A DNA stretch of 63,572 nucleotides, filler included, from Octopus bimaculoides (Eukaryota): the NCBI RefSeq assembly GCF_001194135.2. It is 4 parts of 4 records of this genome, joined end to end, with 100 filler letters (N's around TTAATTAATTAA, not from the genome) between each part and the next. Parts side by side here need not be neighbours in the genome. Positions count along the whole stretch, not along the records: positions 1 to 30,055 come from NC_068983.1; positions 30,156 to 58,757 come from NC_068987.1; 2 more parts are not named here. One strand, given 5' to 3'. Position 1 is the stretch's first letter. Each line of letters begins with the position of its first letter. Below the pieces are notes generated by a model that did not search any database, was not told the DNA's origin, and worked only from the letters and a program-made list of their open reading frames with translations. The translations under genes were made by a program, and so were the position numbers. This document shows positions 26,040 to 37,217 of this stretch, piece after piece.

Positions 26040-26920
26040 CAAGGTTTTCAGGTTAAATTTGATAGTTTTTATATCTCCTTATTTTTCAGGAACAGCTTGT
26101 ATTGGTGAAAAGTTAACGGTGCTGGAAAGCATAAAAAGTAAAGTTGAAGTTGAGAAAAAATTAGCTGACATGGAAGACTGGCAGCCATCTTAATATTGGA
26201 AAAGAGTTACCTGTTTTATGATGATTCATGCCAGGTATCAAAATGCCAACATCATGACTGCAGCTCAATGCCCTATGAACACTGTCAAAGCTGTAAGACA
26301 TGATGTGGACCCCAAGAAAATGAATTTCTTACAAACTGTGATAGTCTTTGGATATATTTCCTATGAGGATGATGTTATGTTACCCCACACTTTTGAACAG
26401 GCTCAGGTCAGACAGTTATGTGAAGCTATCGGAAACTGTGGTCAATCTCTGGCTGGAGAGAGTTGCTGCTGGAAGGCCATATGTGTGGCAGCAAGATTTG
26501 GCTTCTTGTCATACCTCAAGAAAGAGCCAAAAGGGGTCGTCAGAGAATTTCTATGACTTCATAAGCTCCAATTTGTGGCCTCCTATTTCCTTCCATTGTA
26601 ATCCCATGGATTATTATGTGCACAGCTCAGCTGAGAAAGACACCAACTTCTCTGCCTGCAACAGCAATGCCAGGCTGATGGCCAAGATCAAGGAGGTGTT
26701 TGAAAATCTTCCCACAGGAACACAGTGCATGTGCCAGGTTCCAAAGCCATCTTGAGGCTGTGGTGGAAGCTGAGGGCAACTACATTAAGTAAACTATTAT
26801 CTTCCAGCTATAATCTAGTTGATATCTTTTGATTTAAAAAAAAAACACTTTTATTTTTAGATGGAATATTGTTTGTTTTTCCTTTTATGCAAACTGTCAA
26901 AATTAACCCGAAAACACTAC
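26040..26920 (+). mobile_element. maT (DD37D) Tc1/mariner transposon relic, internally deleted
   Basis: VFGYISYEDDVMLP...YVKLSETVVNLWLERVAAGRPYVWQQDLASCHTSRKSQ...LWPPISFHCNPMDYYV...LMAKIKEVFENL matches the maT WQQD..P.H / WPP.SPD.NP.DY motifs. Confidence 0.85.
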
Positions 26921-27221
26921 TAAATGGTAAATGGTAAGCCATCATTTACCATAATGAACTTGTAATGGAAATAGCAATAATAACTTTTAAGCGCAAAGTA
27001 ATACTGTTTCATTTTGCTACCTAATTACTTCTATTCTAATTAGATTGGTAATACTACACCCATTAAATATATTCACAGGGCATCCAGTCTGTGCCAGGGT
27101 AGAAAACAGACATTAACGGATGATGATGATAACATGCATATATATAGTTACAGTGGAGTGAGGAAGCAGATTCTATAGTCATTTTCAAACCCTTCAACTC
27201 AAGAGACTTCAAGTCATTTAC

Positions 27222-27253
27222 CTAGACTCCACCTTTGTGCTTTTCTTGCAAGA
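27222..27253 (-). CDS. Candidate 32-nt exon (unidentified gene)
   Basis: tatttgtaacag acceptor and TAG|gtaaat donor. Two frames are open (SCKKSTKVES or LARKAQRWSL). Confidence 0.2.
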
Positions 27254-28784
27254 CTGTTACAAATAGTAGTGTGGGATGTATGAATGAATTTAACAAACGG
27301 TAATCCGACTCACTGACTAAAAAAACAACAACAAAAAATCTACAAAGCAATGATAAGTAAAAAAAGGAAAAGCAAACCTTTGTGCATGATATAATAAATT
27401 ACAATACTTCTAACAACTCATGTATTGCTGTTTGTATAGTTGTAATTAATTCCTTACAATGATTTTACTCATTGCTTTTTATATTCCTTCATTAGTTTTT
27501 TTTCCCTTATAAACCACTCTTTTGTTTGTCATTCCTTTACTTTCAATCAGTCATTCTCTCTCTCTATCTCTAATGATTTCAGATGTTACAGGCCAGAATG
27601 AAAGTGTAAATTTTCTGAAGTTCCTTCAACTCAACCATCTTTTTCTGCTTGCCTCCGGGGGTTTGAAACTGGAGGTGTGGCTGTCAATACTGATGATGAT
27701 GTTGTCAACAATAGTGTATGGGTGGTAGAGGTAAAGATAATCGTGATGGTGATAGTGCTGATGATAGTGGTGATGACAATTGTTATACTACCATTGTGAT
27801 GGTGATGGTGGTAATGATGATGGTGGTGGTGGTGGATGGAAGATGATGCTGGTGACAATGGTGTGTTGATGGTTGTGGTGGTGGTGGTGGAGGTTAAGGT
27901 GGCGGTAACAGGGGAGGAGTCTTGAAAACTCGATTCTTCGTGTTGTTAAGGTAATTCTGCATCACTGTTTCATGTGTAAGTCATTAAATAAAACTGGACA
28001 CAGAAGGGAAATTAAAGTTGAGCAGGAAACCAACGAGGTGTCATGCTTTCTCCTGCATTTACATCCGATGACATTTTTATCCCTGGGGCAAAGTTGACAT
28101 TGAGATGCCAACTTCAAAACATTTATTTATTTGTTAGAAAATGAGCTTCATAAAAAAAAACTTAAATAAATAAAAGTAAAATAGAAAATAAAAAAAAATA
28201 ATTCTGCAATGTTTAATATATATTTTATTTTACTATACTTTTAAATTTATTTCATCAATTTTTTTTATTTCCTTTTTGAGATTACACAAAAAAAAAATGA
28301 AAAAAATGTAACAATAACTAAAACAAAAATGTGACAAAGTAGTGAGATGCTAAGGGTATGAGAGATGGTGTTGTGTCAGTGAAAAGAAAAAGTGTAAAAT
28401 AAGGTATGTCAGTGTGCCATAAGAAGATAGGAATAGCAGGTAGATGTGGCTTGCATAGGTGCAACCGTGACTGTGATGACGCGAAATTTACTTAACAATC
28501 ACGGGGTTTCAGTTTCCATCCGTATGTGTGGCACCTTGGAGAAGTATCTTCTGTTGTAGTTTCAGACTGACCAGTGTCTTGTGATCGAAATGTGGTAAAG
28601 GAAGCTATTCAGAAATGTGCTGTATACATACATATATATCCTCGTCATCGTCGTCGTCATCATCTTCGTCAACATTGTCACAGCTGCCCTCATTGTTGCC
28701 CTTCACCGTTGTCATTGCTCCAAGTGCCACTGTTATTGTTGTCATCGTCATCCACTTTAGGATTAATATTTAATCCTCCTAAGG

Positions 28785-29240
28785 TGGTGAGCTAGCAGAA
28801 TCTTTAGCACACAGAGCAAAAGGCTCAACAACATTTTGTCTGTCTTTAGGTTCTGAATCCAAATTCTTATTTCTTTATTGCCCACAAGGGGCTAAACATA
28901 GAGGGGACAAACAAGGATAGACAAATGGATTAAGTCGATTACATCGACCCCAGTGCGTAACTGGTACTTAATTTATCGACCCCGAAAGGATGAAAGGCAA
29001 AGTCGACCTCGGCGGACTTTGAACTCAGAAAGTAATGGCAAACGAAATACCGGTAAGCCTTTCGCCCGGCGTACTAACGTTTCTGCCAGCTCGCTGCCTT
29101 GAATCCAAATTCTGCCAAGGTCTACCTTGGCTTTCGTCCTTTCAGGGTTGGTAAAACAAGTACCAGTTGAGTACAGGGTTCAATGTAATTAACATACCCC
29201 TGTACCTGAAATTACTGACCTTGTACCAAAATATGAAACC
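28785..29240. mobile_element. Older plus-strand SINE B interrupted by a young minus-strand SINE B (28868-29100)
   Basis: 13-bp TSD gaatccaaattct at 28855-28867 and 29101-29113. Confidence 0.85.
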
Positions 29241-29731
29241 AATGTTTAACTCTCTTACATCAGTCAATCATTTTTGATAGGTGTGTATATATGAGTTTGT
29301 GTAACCATTCATGTTATAGTGCAGTGTTCGTGTACCTGTGTGTGTGTCTGTCTTTATATTACAACTATCTCTCTATGCGTGTGTTTCGAGTTGGGTGGGT
29401 AGGTGCAAGTTTCTGTGTGGTATTTATGTGTATGTGTGTGTGTGCATGTAAATATGTGTGTACTCGTAAACATATGTGTGCATGCATATGAATATGTGCA
29501 TGTGTGTGTGTGGATGTGTGGGTGCATGTGTGCATGTGAAAATGTGCATGCTTGCACTTGTGAATATGTGTGCATACATCTGTGTATGTGTATGCGTGTG
29601 TGTGTGTGCTTATATATGTGAGGAAGGAAGGTTTAGAATTATTTCCTGCAACAGATCTCAGGTTTCCTGCTCACAACACATCTGATGATCAAATAGATTT
29701 CATCTAAGCTTTCATTGATATTTGAACGTAC

Positions 29732-29777
29732 AGAACAGCAACACCAATTGACTCTGATATTGGTAATTGGAGTGATA
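29732..29777 (-). CDS. Candidate 46-nt exon (unidentified gene)
   Basis: Strong T-rich ...ttttgtcag acceptor and |gtacgt donor. All three frames are open, so the phase is unresolved. Confidence 0.2.
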
Positions 29778-30055
29778 CTGACAAAAAAATAAAAATACAA
29801 TGACAACAACAACAGCAGCATCAACAATAACATCAATGACAGTAGTGGTGGTGGTGGTGGTGGTAGTAGTAGTAGTAGTAACAGAGAAACTCTTGAAATG
29901 CTAAGATTTGGAAATAGAGATAACCTGAATGTGGAGCATGAAAGCAGAAATAATCCCTTTAATAATAGGTGAAATAGGCATGGTTGAAAAACATATATTA
30001 CAAATACGAAACTAAAACACCAGGACTTATAAATTATATATATATATATATATAT

Positions 30056-30155
30056 NNNNNNNNNNNNNNNNNNNNNNNNNNNNNNNNNNNNNNNNNNNNT
30101 TAATTAATTAANNNNNNNNNNNNNNNNNNNNNNNNNNNNNNNNNNNNNNNNNNNN
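30056..30155. other. Artificial 100-bp assembly spacer N44-TTAATTAATTAA-N44
   Basis: Exactly 44 N, a palindromic 12-mer with stops in all six frames, then 44 N. Identical at 58758-58857 and 62111-62210. Confidence 0.95.
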
Positions 30156-30693
30156 CATACATACACATATATATATATATATACATATATACGACGGGCT
30201 TCTTTCAGTTTCCGTCTACTAAATCCACATTGGTCGGCCCGAGGCTAAAGTAGAAGACACTTGCCCAAGGTGCCACGCAGGGGAAATGAACCCGGGACCA
30301 TGTGGTTGGTAAGCAAGTTACTTACCACACAGCCACTCCTGCGTCTATTTAAGAAAATTTTTTTTTAAGTGGTGGGGTTTTACAACGAGTCTGTCAGATT
30401 GTAATACACAAAACCATCAGAATCACTGGCACACTGGACAAAATGCTTCGCGACATTTCTTCTGGTTTACGTTCTGAGTTCAAATTCTGTCGAGGTCGAC
30501 TTTTCCTTTCATACTCCTGGGATCGATAAAATAAGTTATAGGTGAATACTGGGACCGATGTAATTGACTAGAGCCCTCCTCCAAAATTTAAAGCATTGTG
30601 CCTCTCATAGAAAGGAAACACACACACACACACACAAATATATCTGGAGAAATTGGAGTCAGGGAGAGGGAGTACGGTTCGACATTTGTTTTT

Positions 30694-30905
30694 TTATTCG
30701 CTCCAATTGTTTCGACACAACGTAGTTCTCCAAGAATACAGGTATTTGGTTATGCAACTGTTTGCTTGCATAATGAGATCTAGTTGTGTTTCCTCGGGCG
30801 ATATACAAGTGTTGTCTCTTAGTTTAAAATCTTCGGCTTCAAGGCCTTCCTCTCTGTTTGTAGTAGCTTGAATTTGGTTGTGGCTGAAATCCTCATTGGT
30901 GCGAG
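30694..30905 (-). CDS. Candidate terminal coding exon, 69 aa, product unknown
   Basis: ctctcacag acceptor, then an open frame RTNEDFSHNQIQATTNREEGLEAEDFKLRDNTCISPEETQLDLIMQANSCITKYLYSWRTTLCRNNWSE* in non-repetitive sequence. AATAAA overlaps the stop. Confidence 0.25.
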
Positions 30906-33127
30906 CTGTGAGAGCGCGTTTGCCCGACCAATACTACCTATACTATTGGGTTATTCTGAAGGTGGACGAGCTCTATACTGTACTCTAACACGTTCCTAAC
31001 GGAATACAACATAACTATATATATTTATATATACAAATGAGTGTGTATGTATGTATATGTGGGTCTCACCTCACAAAAAAGGATAGCTATTTAGGGAGGC
31101 CAATCATACAACTGCCCCTCCATATAAATTCTGGACCTGGCTGGTTAACCAGGTAAGAACCTTCTCTCGGAATTCTATGACAATAATGATAAACAAGAAA
31201 CGAAAGGAGTGAAGATAGAATAACGTCGGCCATCACGTTATTCTATTTACTGCCAAAACTCATCTACAGAACCACTGGCAGCTACAAGATGCAAAGGGAG
31301 AAACCTTTACACAGCCACCTGAACGGGTAGAAATAGCAGTCAAGTGCCCTCAAATCATACTCGCCACTGTCTTAAAACGTTAGATTGCGTGGTCATCGGT
31401 CCCTTGCATGTAAGAAAAGATGAGATAGTCACAGATGGAATACCCTTGGTTATAAGTCTGTTCGAAGAAGGTTGACCCATGGCTAAACAACAAGGACTGG
31501 TACTACAACACAACTCGGCGAAAGAGTGAGAGAGAGCATCAATGCGGTCGCACGATCAGCTAAAAAATAGTACCAGAATGTCAAAAAAGCAAGGAGAATA
31601 AACATTCGATAACGTAGTCCTAGATACATTATCCGGAGGAGAAAAAAAAAGACTGAACGGTCGTGGTTGCTCGATCAACGCTGAGTTTCAACGGCAACAA
31701 TATGAGTAATAAAAACAGACTGAAACCTTGGTTTATGAGTTAAGTAGGACTCCTGCTGAGGCCTAGTGTCTTGGGAAAGAAAATTAGAGACAGAGACAGA
31801 CACAGAACGATGGCTAGACAGATTGATGGAGAGAGATCGCTGGATAAATAGAAAGAAAGAAATAATAGATACATAGCTAGATAGATAAACACAGATTGAG
31901 ACAGGTAGTCTGAGAAATAGTTGATAGATAGATAGATAAACAATGAAATAGATAGATAATGAATTTATTCTGATAAAGCATCCTAAATGTAGATAAAACA
32001 GAAGATGAAAACACAGAAAGAAGAGTTTCTAAATAGTGTAGTGTATTCGAAAGTTAGAGGTGACGGAGGGAAAAATACTGCATCTCCAAGGACATCTCTG
32101 CTACAATCACCACGAAATCTCTGTGACAACGATTCTTAACCATATTCTATGATGTACGGCACTTTGAAGGTGTTACGTCACGCGATTAGCTATTAAAAGT
32201 TTTATTATGTAAATAAACGAGTATTAAAATTTTTTTTAAAGATGGTTATGATTCAAATGAGTGGTTTAGTGCTTTGCACTTTAAACGTGTATCGCAGTCT
32301 TCCCCACTCTAGGAATCTTAACGTTTCTTTCTTTCTTACCTACCTAACAACATACATATATACCTGTATATATTAAATCACACACGTATATACATAATAC
32401 ATGTACATACGTATATANNNNNNNNNNNNNNNNNNNNNNNNNNNNNNNNNNNNNNNNNNNNNNNNNNNNNNNNNNNNNNNNNNNNNNNNNNNNNNNNNNN
32501 NNNNNNNNNNNNNNNNNNNNNNNNNNNNNNNNNNNNNNNNNNNNNNNNNNNNNNNNNNNNNNNNNNTATAGATATATATACATATATGTACACACATATA
32601 CATACGTACACACACATATACATAAGTGCACACATACATATATACATATGTACAAACATACATCTATATCCACAATCTATCTATCTGTCTGTCTGTCTAT
32701 CTATGTGTATAAATATACGTACATACATACATATATGCACGCAGATACACACATATATGATGGTTGCAGTAATACCATCGCTTGATTGTTCTCAAATATG
32801 AACTGTACGGACGTGACTTTTCGATTCTGCATTAGACTTCTACTGTTCTGCACAAATGTGACAACGAGGGGCGCCTCTTACAGTAGGTGTAACAATATTG
32901 TCACGCTGTATCTTCGTATGACATTTTAGCCCGCCTTCTGACGCACATTCTTTTCCACACTTGCTATATACTTACACACAAACATACATATATACATATA
33001 CATCATTACAAACATCCATACATATGCATACATACGCACGTACAAACACATACACACACGTGTGTATGTATAAACACATGCACACACTCATACATTTACA
33101 TATATACATATATAGATAAAAATATTT

Positions 33128-33339
33128 AAGAGTGTTGAAAAGTTCCTAGCTTTGAGTAAAAGAAAATACAGGAAGATGAATTAATTATCATATTCTTCAA
33201 TATATTCCCCTCCCAGATTCACACACTAATCGAAGCAATCCTTCAGTTTTTCTGAGCCTTGTAAAAGAACTCGGAAGGTTGGGCCTCCAACCGGCCTTTC
33301 GCGACATCCTTAAAGCCAGGAACTTAGCACTCCCTCGTA
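33128..33339. mobile_element. Mariner-type MITE
   Basis: Imperfect TIRs (agtgttgaaaagttcctagcttt / aaagccaggaacttagcactccctcg-ta) with a TA at the right end. Confidence 0.7.
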
Positions 33340-33519
33340 GACACACAAACACATACCACATAATACACTAGTGCGGTACATCAAGTTTTCTACACCCCTA
33401 CTTAATTCTATTCTCCTCGAAAACTCGGAACAAACCAGTGGCCATACATTATAAGGAGGGTTTGGACTGCCCTGTGCAGTAAGCTAAATTGAGCGCCTAC
33501 TTCTTTGAATATAATATAC

Positions 33520-33650
33520 CTTCGACAACAGCAAACACACGTGTTTAAAGTGGCCGCCCTCTGCGGTCCGCGCAACCTGAGTTACGTCACTGTCATTCGC
33601 AACACAACTGCGTCTCGTAACTGGCGCACAAATGTCCCACGGAACAATGA
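33520..33650 (-). other. CpG-rich unique segment; candidate 131-nt exon or cis-regulatory element
   Basis: cgttttcag acceptor and AAG|gtatat donor, with one open frame IVPWDICAPVTRRSCVANDSDVTQVARTAEGGHFKHVCLLLSK. It also contains a CRE-like ttacgtca and the E-box cacgtg. Confidence 0.2.
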
Positions 33651-33929
33651 CTGAAAACGTCTGCTGTATGAGGTTGAAGGGTAAGAATAGAGGCTGTCAC
33701 TCGCCCACAAGATAAAAAGTAGCCAAATCACACTCTGTTATCTTACAAAAGGAAAAGCGCAATAGAAAACGTAGTCTTAAATATTCTACGTCAGCGAAAG
33801 TGGATGGAGCCCCTATGCGGTCGTTCGACATGCTAGAAATAACGATCAAGTCTCGCACTTTATCTCAGTGGTTCTCAATCATTTTTTAAAAAAATCTATG
33901 GACTCATTTCATAGGGTTTTTTTCTCTAC

Positions 33930-35130
33930 ACACAAGGCCTGGAATTTGGGGGTAGAGGATAGTCAATTACATCGACCCCACTGCACAACTGGTACTTATT
34001 TTCATCAATCCCCAAGGGATGAAAAGCGAAGTCGACGTCAGTGGAATTTGAACTCAGAACATAAACAACCGAAAGAAATGTCGCTAAGCATTTTGTCCGG
34101 CGTGTTAACAATTCTTTCTTTATTGCCCACAAGGGGCTAAACATAGAGGGGACAAACAAGGACAGACAAAAGTATTAAGTCGATTACATCGACCCCAGTG
34201 CATAATTAGTACTTAATTTATCGACCCCGAAAGGATGAAAAGCAAAGTCGACCTCGGCGGAATTTGAACTCAGAACGTAACGGCAGACGAAATACCGTTA
34301 AGCATTTCGCCCGGCGTGCTAACGTTTCTGCCAGCTCGCCGCCTTAAGGACACCTTAATGCAATAAGAGACTTAATGGGCTTCGATCATAGGTCTTATTG
34401 ATCGAATCTGGCCAAGGGTTAAACAACAACAAAAACTACAACTGTAACAGAATTTCTACGTGGTTACCCAGTCTGCTAAAGTAGCAACCAAATCTATCAA
34501 ATTAGGCCCGACACGCCTAGTTATAAATAGGACGAGAGTGATAAGACCCCAGTACTAGAGAGTTAATTTATTTTATCGGCTCCGAAAGTATAAAAGGCAA
34601 AATTGACTCTGAAGGAATTTGAACTCAAAATGCCGCAATGTATTTTGATCAACGTTCTAACCATCCGGATCCGCAAGGTATTTTTTTTTTCCAACGCTCA
34701 AAATAATAGAAACTTATCCATAATTTTGTCACAAAGCTAGTTTTGAGGACAGTAGGACTTAGCAGATTACATCGACCCCAATATTTGGCTGGTACTTTCG
34801 TTTATTGACTCCGAAAGAATGAAAGTCAAAATTGACTGGAGTGAGATTCGAACTCAGAATCTAAAGAGATTTTTTCCGATACTCTAATGATTCTACCAGC
34901 TCACCGCCCTAAACACAACTCATGATATGGTTTCAAATTTTGGTACAATGCCAGCAATTTTAGGGAAGGAAGTAAGTCAATCGCATCAATCCTAGAACTT
35001 CACTGGTACTTATTTTATCAACTTCGAAAATATCAAAGACAAAGTCGACCTCGGCGGAATTTGTAATCAGAACACAAAGACACAAAGCATTTCGCCCGGC
35101 GTGCTAACGATTATGTCAGCTTACCACCTT
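33930..35130 (-). mobile_element. Cluster of about six co-oriented SINE B copies of different ages
   Basis: The repeated core atcgacccc...gaaagg atgaaa...gaatttgaactcagaa occurs at ~33960, 34190, 34550, 34770 and 34980, plus partial copies. Confidence 0.8.
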
Positions 35131-35341
35131 ACACTTACTCTAATAAGAGCCAGCGAGGTAACTTTTTGCAGTCATTCAATCCGCTGGAAGTAGCAAGCAT
35201 ATTAAATTTTGAGTCAACCTTACAACCTTAAAAAATAGAGAAGAAAAAAAGAAAAGAATACTTTTCAAATGGTCGAGAGCACGGCGACGCGTAGTCACGG
35301 AGGTGTGAGTTCGAGTCTCATGGCTGGCCGCCCACACTTTA

Positions 35342-35926
35342 TAGGCGCAGGAGTGGCTGTGTGGTAAGTAGCTTGCTTACCAACCACATGGTTCTGGGTT
35401 CAGTCCTACGTGGCACCTTGGGCAAGTGTCTTCTACTATAGCCTCGGGCCGACAAAAGCCTTGTGAGTGGATTTGGGAGACGGAAACTGAAAGAAGCCCG
35501 TCGTATATATATATATTTCCTTTCCCGAGCGTCCAATAACACTATCCGTATCACGTCCTCACTTTGTTGTTTTTTTGAACCTCTCTCTCTCTCTCTCNNN
35601 NNNNNNNNNNNNNNNNNNNNNNNNNNNNNNNNNNNNNNNNNNNNNNNNNNNNNNNNNNNNNNNNNNNNNNNNNNNNNNNNNNNNNNNNNNNNNNNNNNNN
35701 NNNNNNNNNNNNNNNNNNNNNNNNNNNNNNNNNNNNNNNNNNNNNNNNNNNNNNCCGATGCTGGTGCGTTTACGTCCCCGTAACTTAGTGGTTCGGCGAA
35801 AGAGACCGATAGAATAAGTACTAGGCTTACAAAGAATAAGTCCTGGGGTCGATTTGCTCGACTAAAGGCGGTGATCCAGCATGGCCGCAGTCAAATGACT
35901 GAAACAAGTGAAAGAGTAAAAGAGTA
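35342..35926 (+). mobile_element. SINE family A spanning a gap
   Basis: Head ggcgcaggagtggctgtgtggtaag at 35344; tail ...gactgaaacaagtgaaagagtaaaagag. Confidence 0.85.
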
Positions 35927-36799
35927 AGTCTTGTTTGGAAATAAGGTGGGATAGCCTTGAATGAAACACCTTTCATCGTACACGTAAGTCTGCTCGATCG
36001 GACTGACCTGGGGCTAAACACCATGAACATTATACTACCACCATCAACTCGTACATTTGTTATCACTCATCTTCCACGAGACCAGGAAAGATGAAAAGCA
36101 AAGACGACTCAGTATCGATTTCTAACGTTGGCACAATGCCACAACTTTGGCGGGAGGGTGTATTCGATTAATATCGATCTTGGTACTTTATTTTATCAAC
36201 CCCCGTAGGATGAAAGGCCACGTTGGAGTTGGCGGGCTTTGAACTCGACATTAATAAATAATAATGATATCTTAAGTTGGCTGAATGCAATAAATTTGTC
36301 TGAGAGAACTGTTGTTTTAAATTCCATACACAAACGGAGTTTAAAAATTGGGAGGAAAAATATGTAACTTGTACTTATTTTATGGCACCCAAAATCTCCA
36401 GCCTAGAACTTCGGGTCAGCGTGTCACGGTTTCCCCATCCAGGAAACTTTATAAAAGTACTTCTTTATACATACATGCATACACACACACACATACATGC
36501 ATGCACGGATACATTCATACATATATACATACACGTGTACATGCAAACACACATCCGTACATAAATACATACATGCACACATACACACTTGCGCTCTATT
36601 GTCACACACACACTAGTACAAGTTTATCGACATGCACCTATACGCACAAACTCACACACATACGGTCATAGACAATACGCACACATGCTGACATCAACCA
36701 ATTCAGGTAACCACAAACCCAAAGAATGAAAGAGCCTTGACACTGTTAGTGGCTAAAAACTAAATAAATCCCAGAGAAATACATGCATAAATACATATA

Positions 36800-36930
36800 C
36801 AATAATCCCTCGATTATCGCGGCTGTTACGTTCCAAGACCTCTCGCGATAGGTAAAAATCCGCGAAGTAACAGTACTGTACTGTACTGTATATTTTTTTT
36901 AATCATTTTTATGATTTGTATATATTTATT
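36800..36930 (+). mobile_element. Tigger/pogo-like DNA transposon end
   Basis: ta-caataatccctcgattatcgcggctgttacgttccaagacc..cgcgataggtaaaaatccgcgaagta resembles Tigger-type MITE termini. Confidence 0.6.
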
Positions 36931-37178
36931 TTATTATAAATGCAAAACAACCCCACGGAGGAATCGACCTAAGCTTAAATAATAAATCGCGATATGGCAA
37001 AGGATTACTGTATACATACTCACACATCCACATACACACAAGCAACACATACACACATATGCATTCGTACACATGTATACATACACAAACTCACATACAC
37101 GCATACATACATACACACATACATACATATAGATACATGCATATGCTTATATACCTGCACACACACATATAAACATAG

Positions 37179-37217
<39 letters not shown>

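Noticed and set aside
27631-27950. His/Thr-rich minus-strand ORF resembling a mucin or transcription-factor low-complexity region
   Set aside because: Built from (CAC/CAT)n repeats, with no convincing splice or start context and no recognisable domain.
30100-30111. Conserved palindromic TTAATTAATTAA motif occurring three times
   Set aside because: Always centred in exactly 44+44 N, so an assembly linker.
35265-35330. tRNA-like sequence with T-arm gtgag-ttcgagt-ctcat
   Set aside because: No 5' acceptor strand and no regular anticodon arm; at best a SINE head or pseudogene remnant. Likewise 46108-46175.
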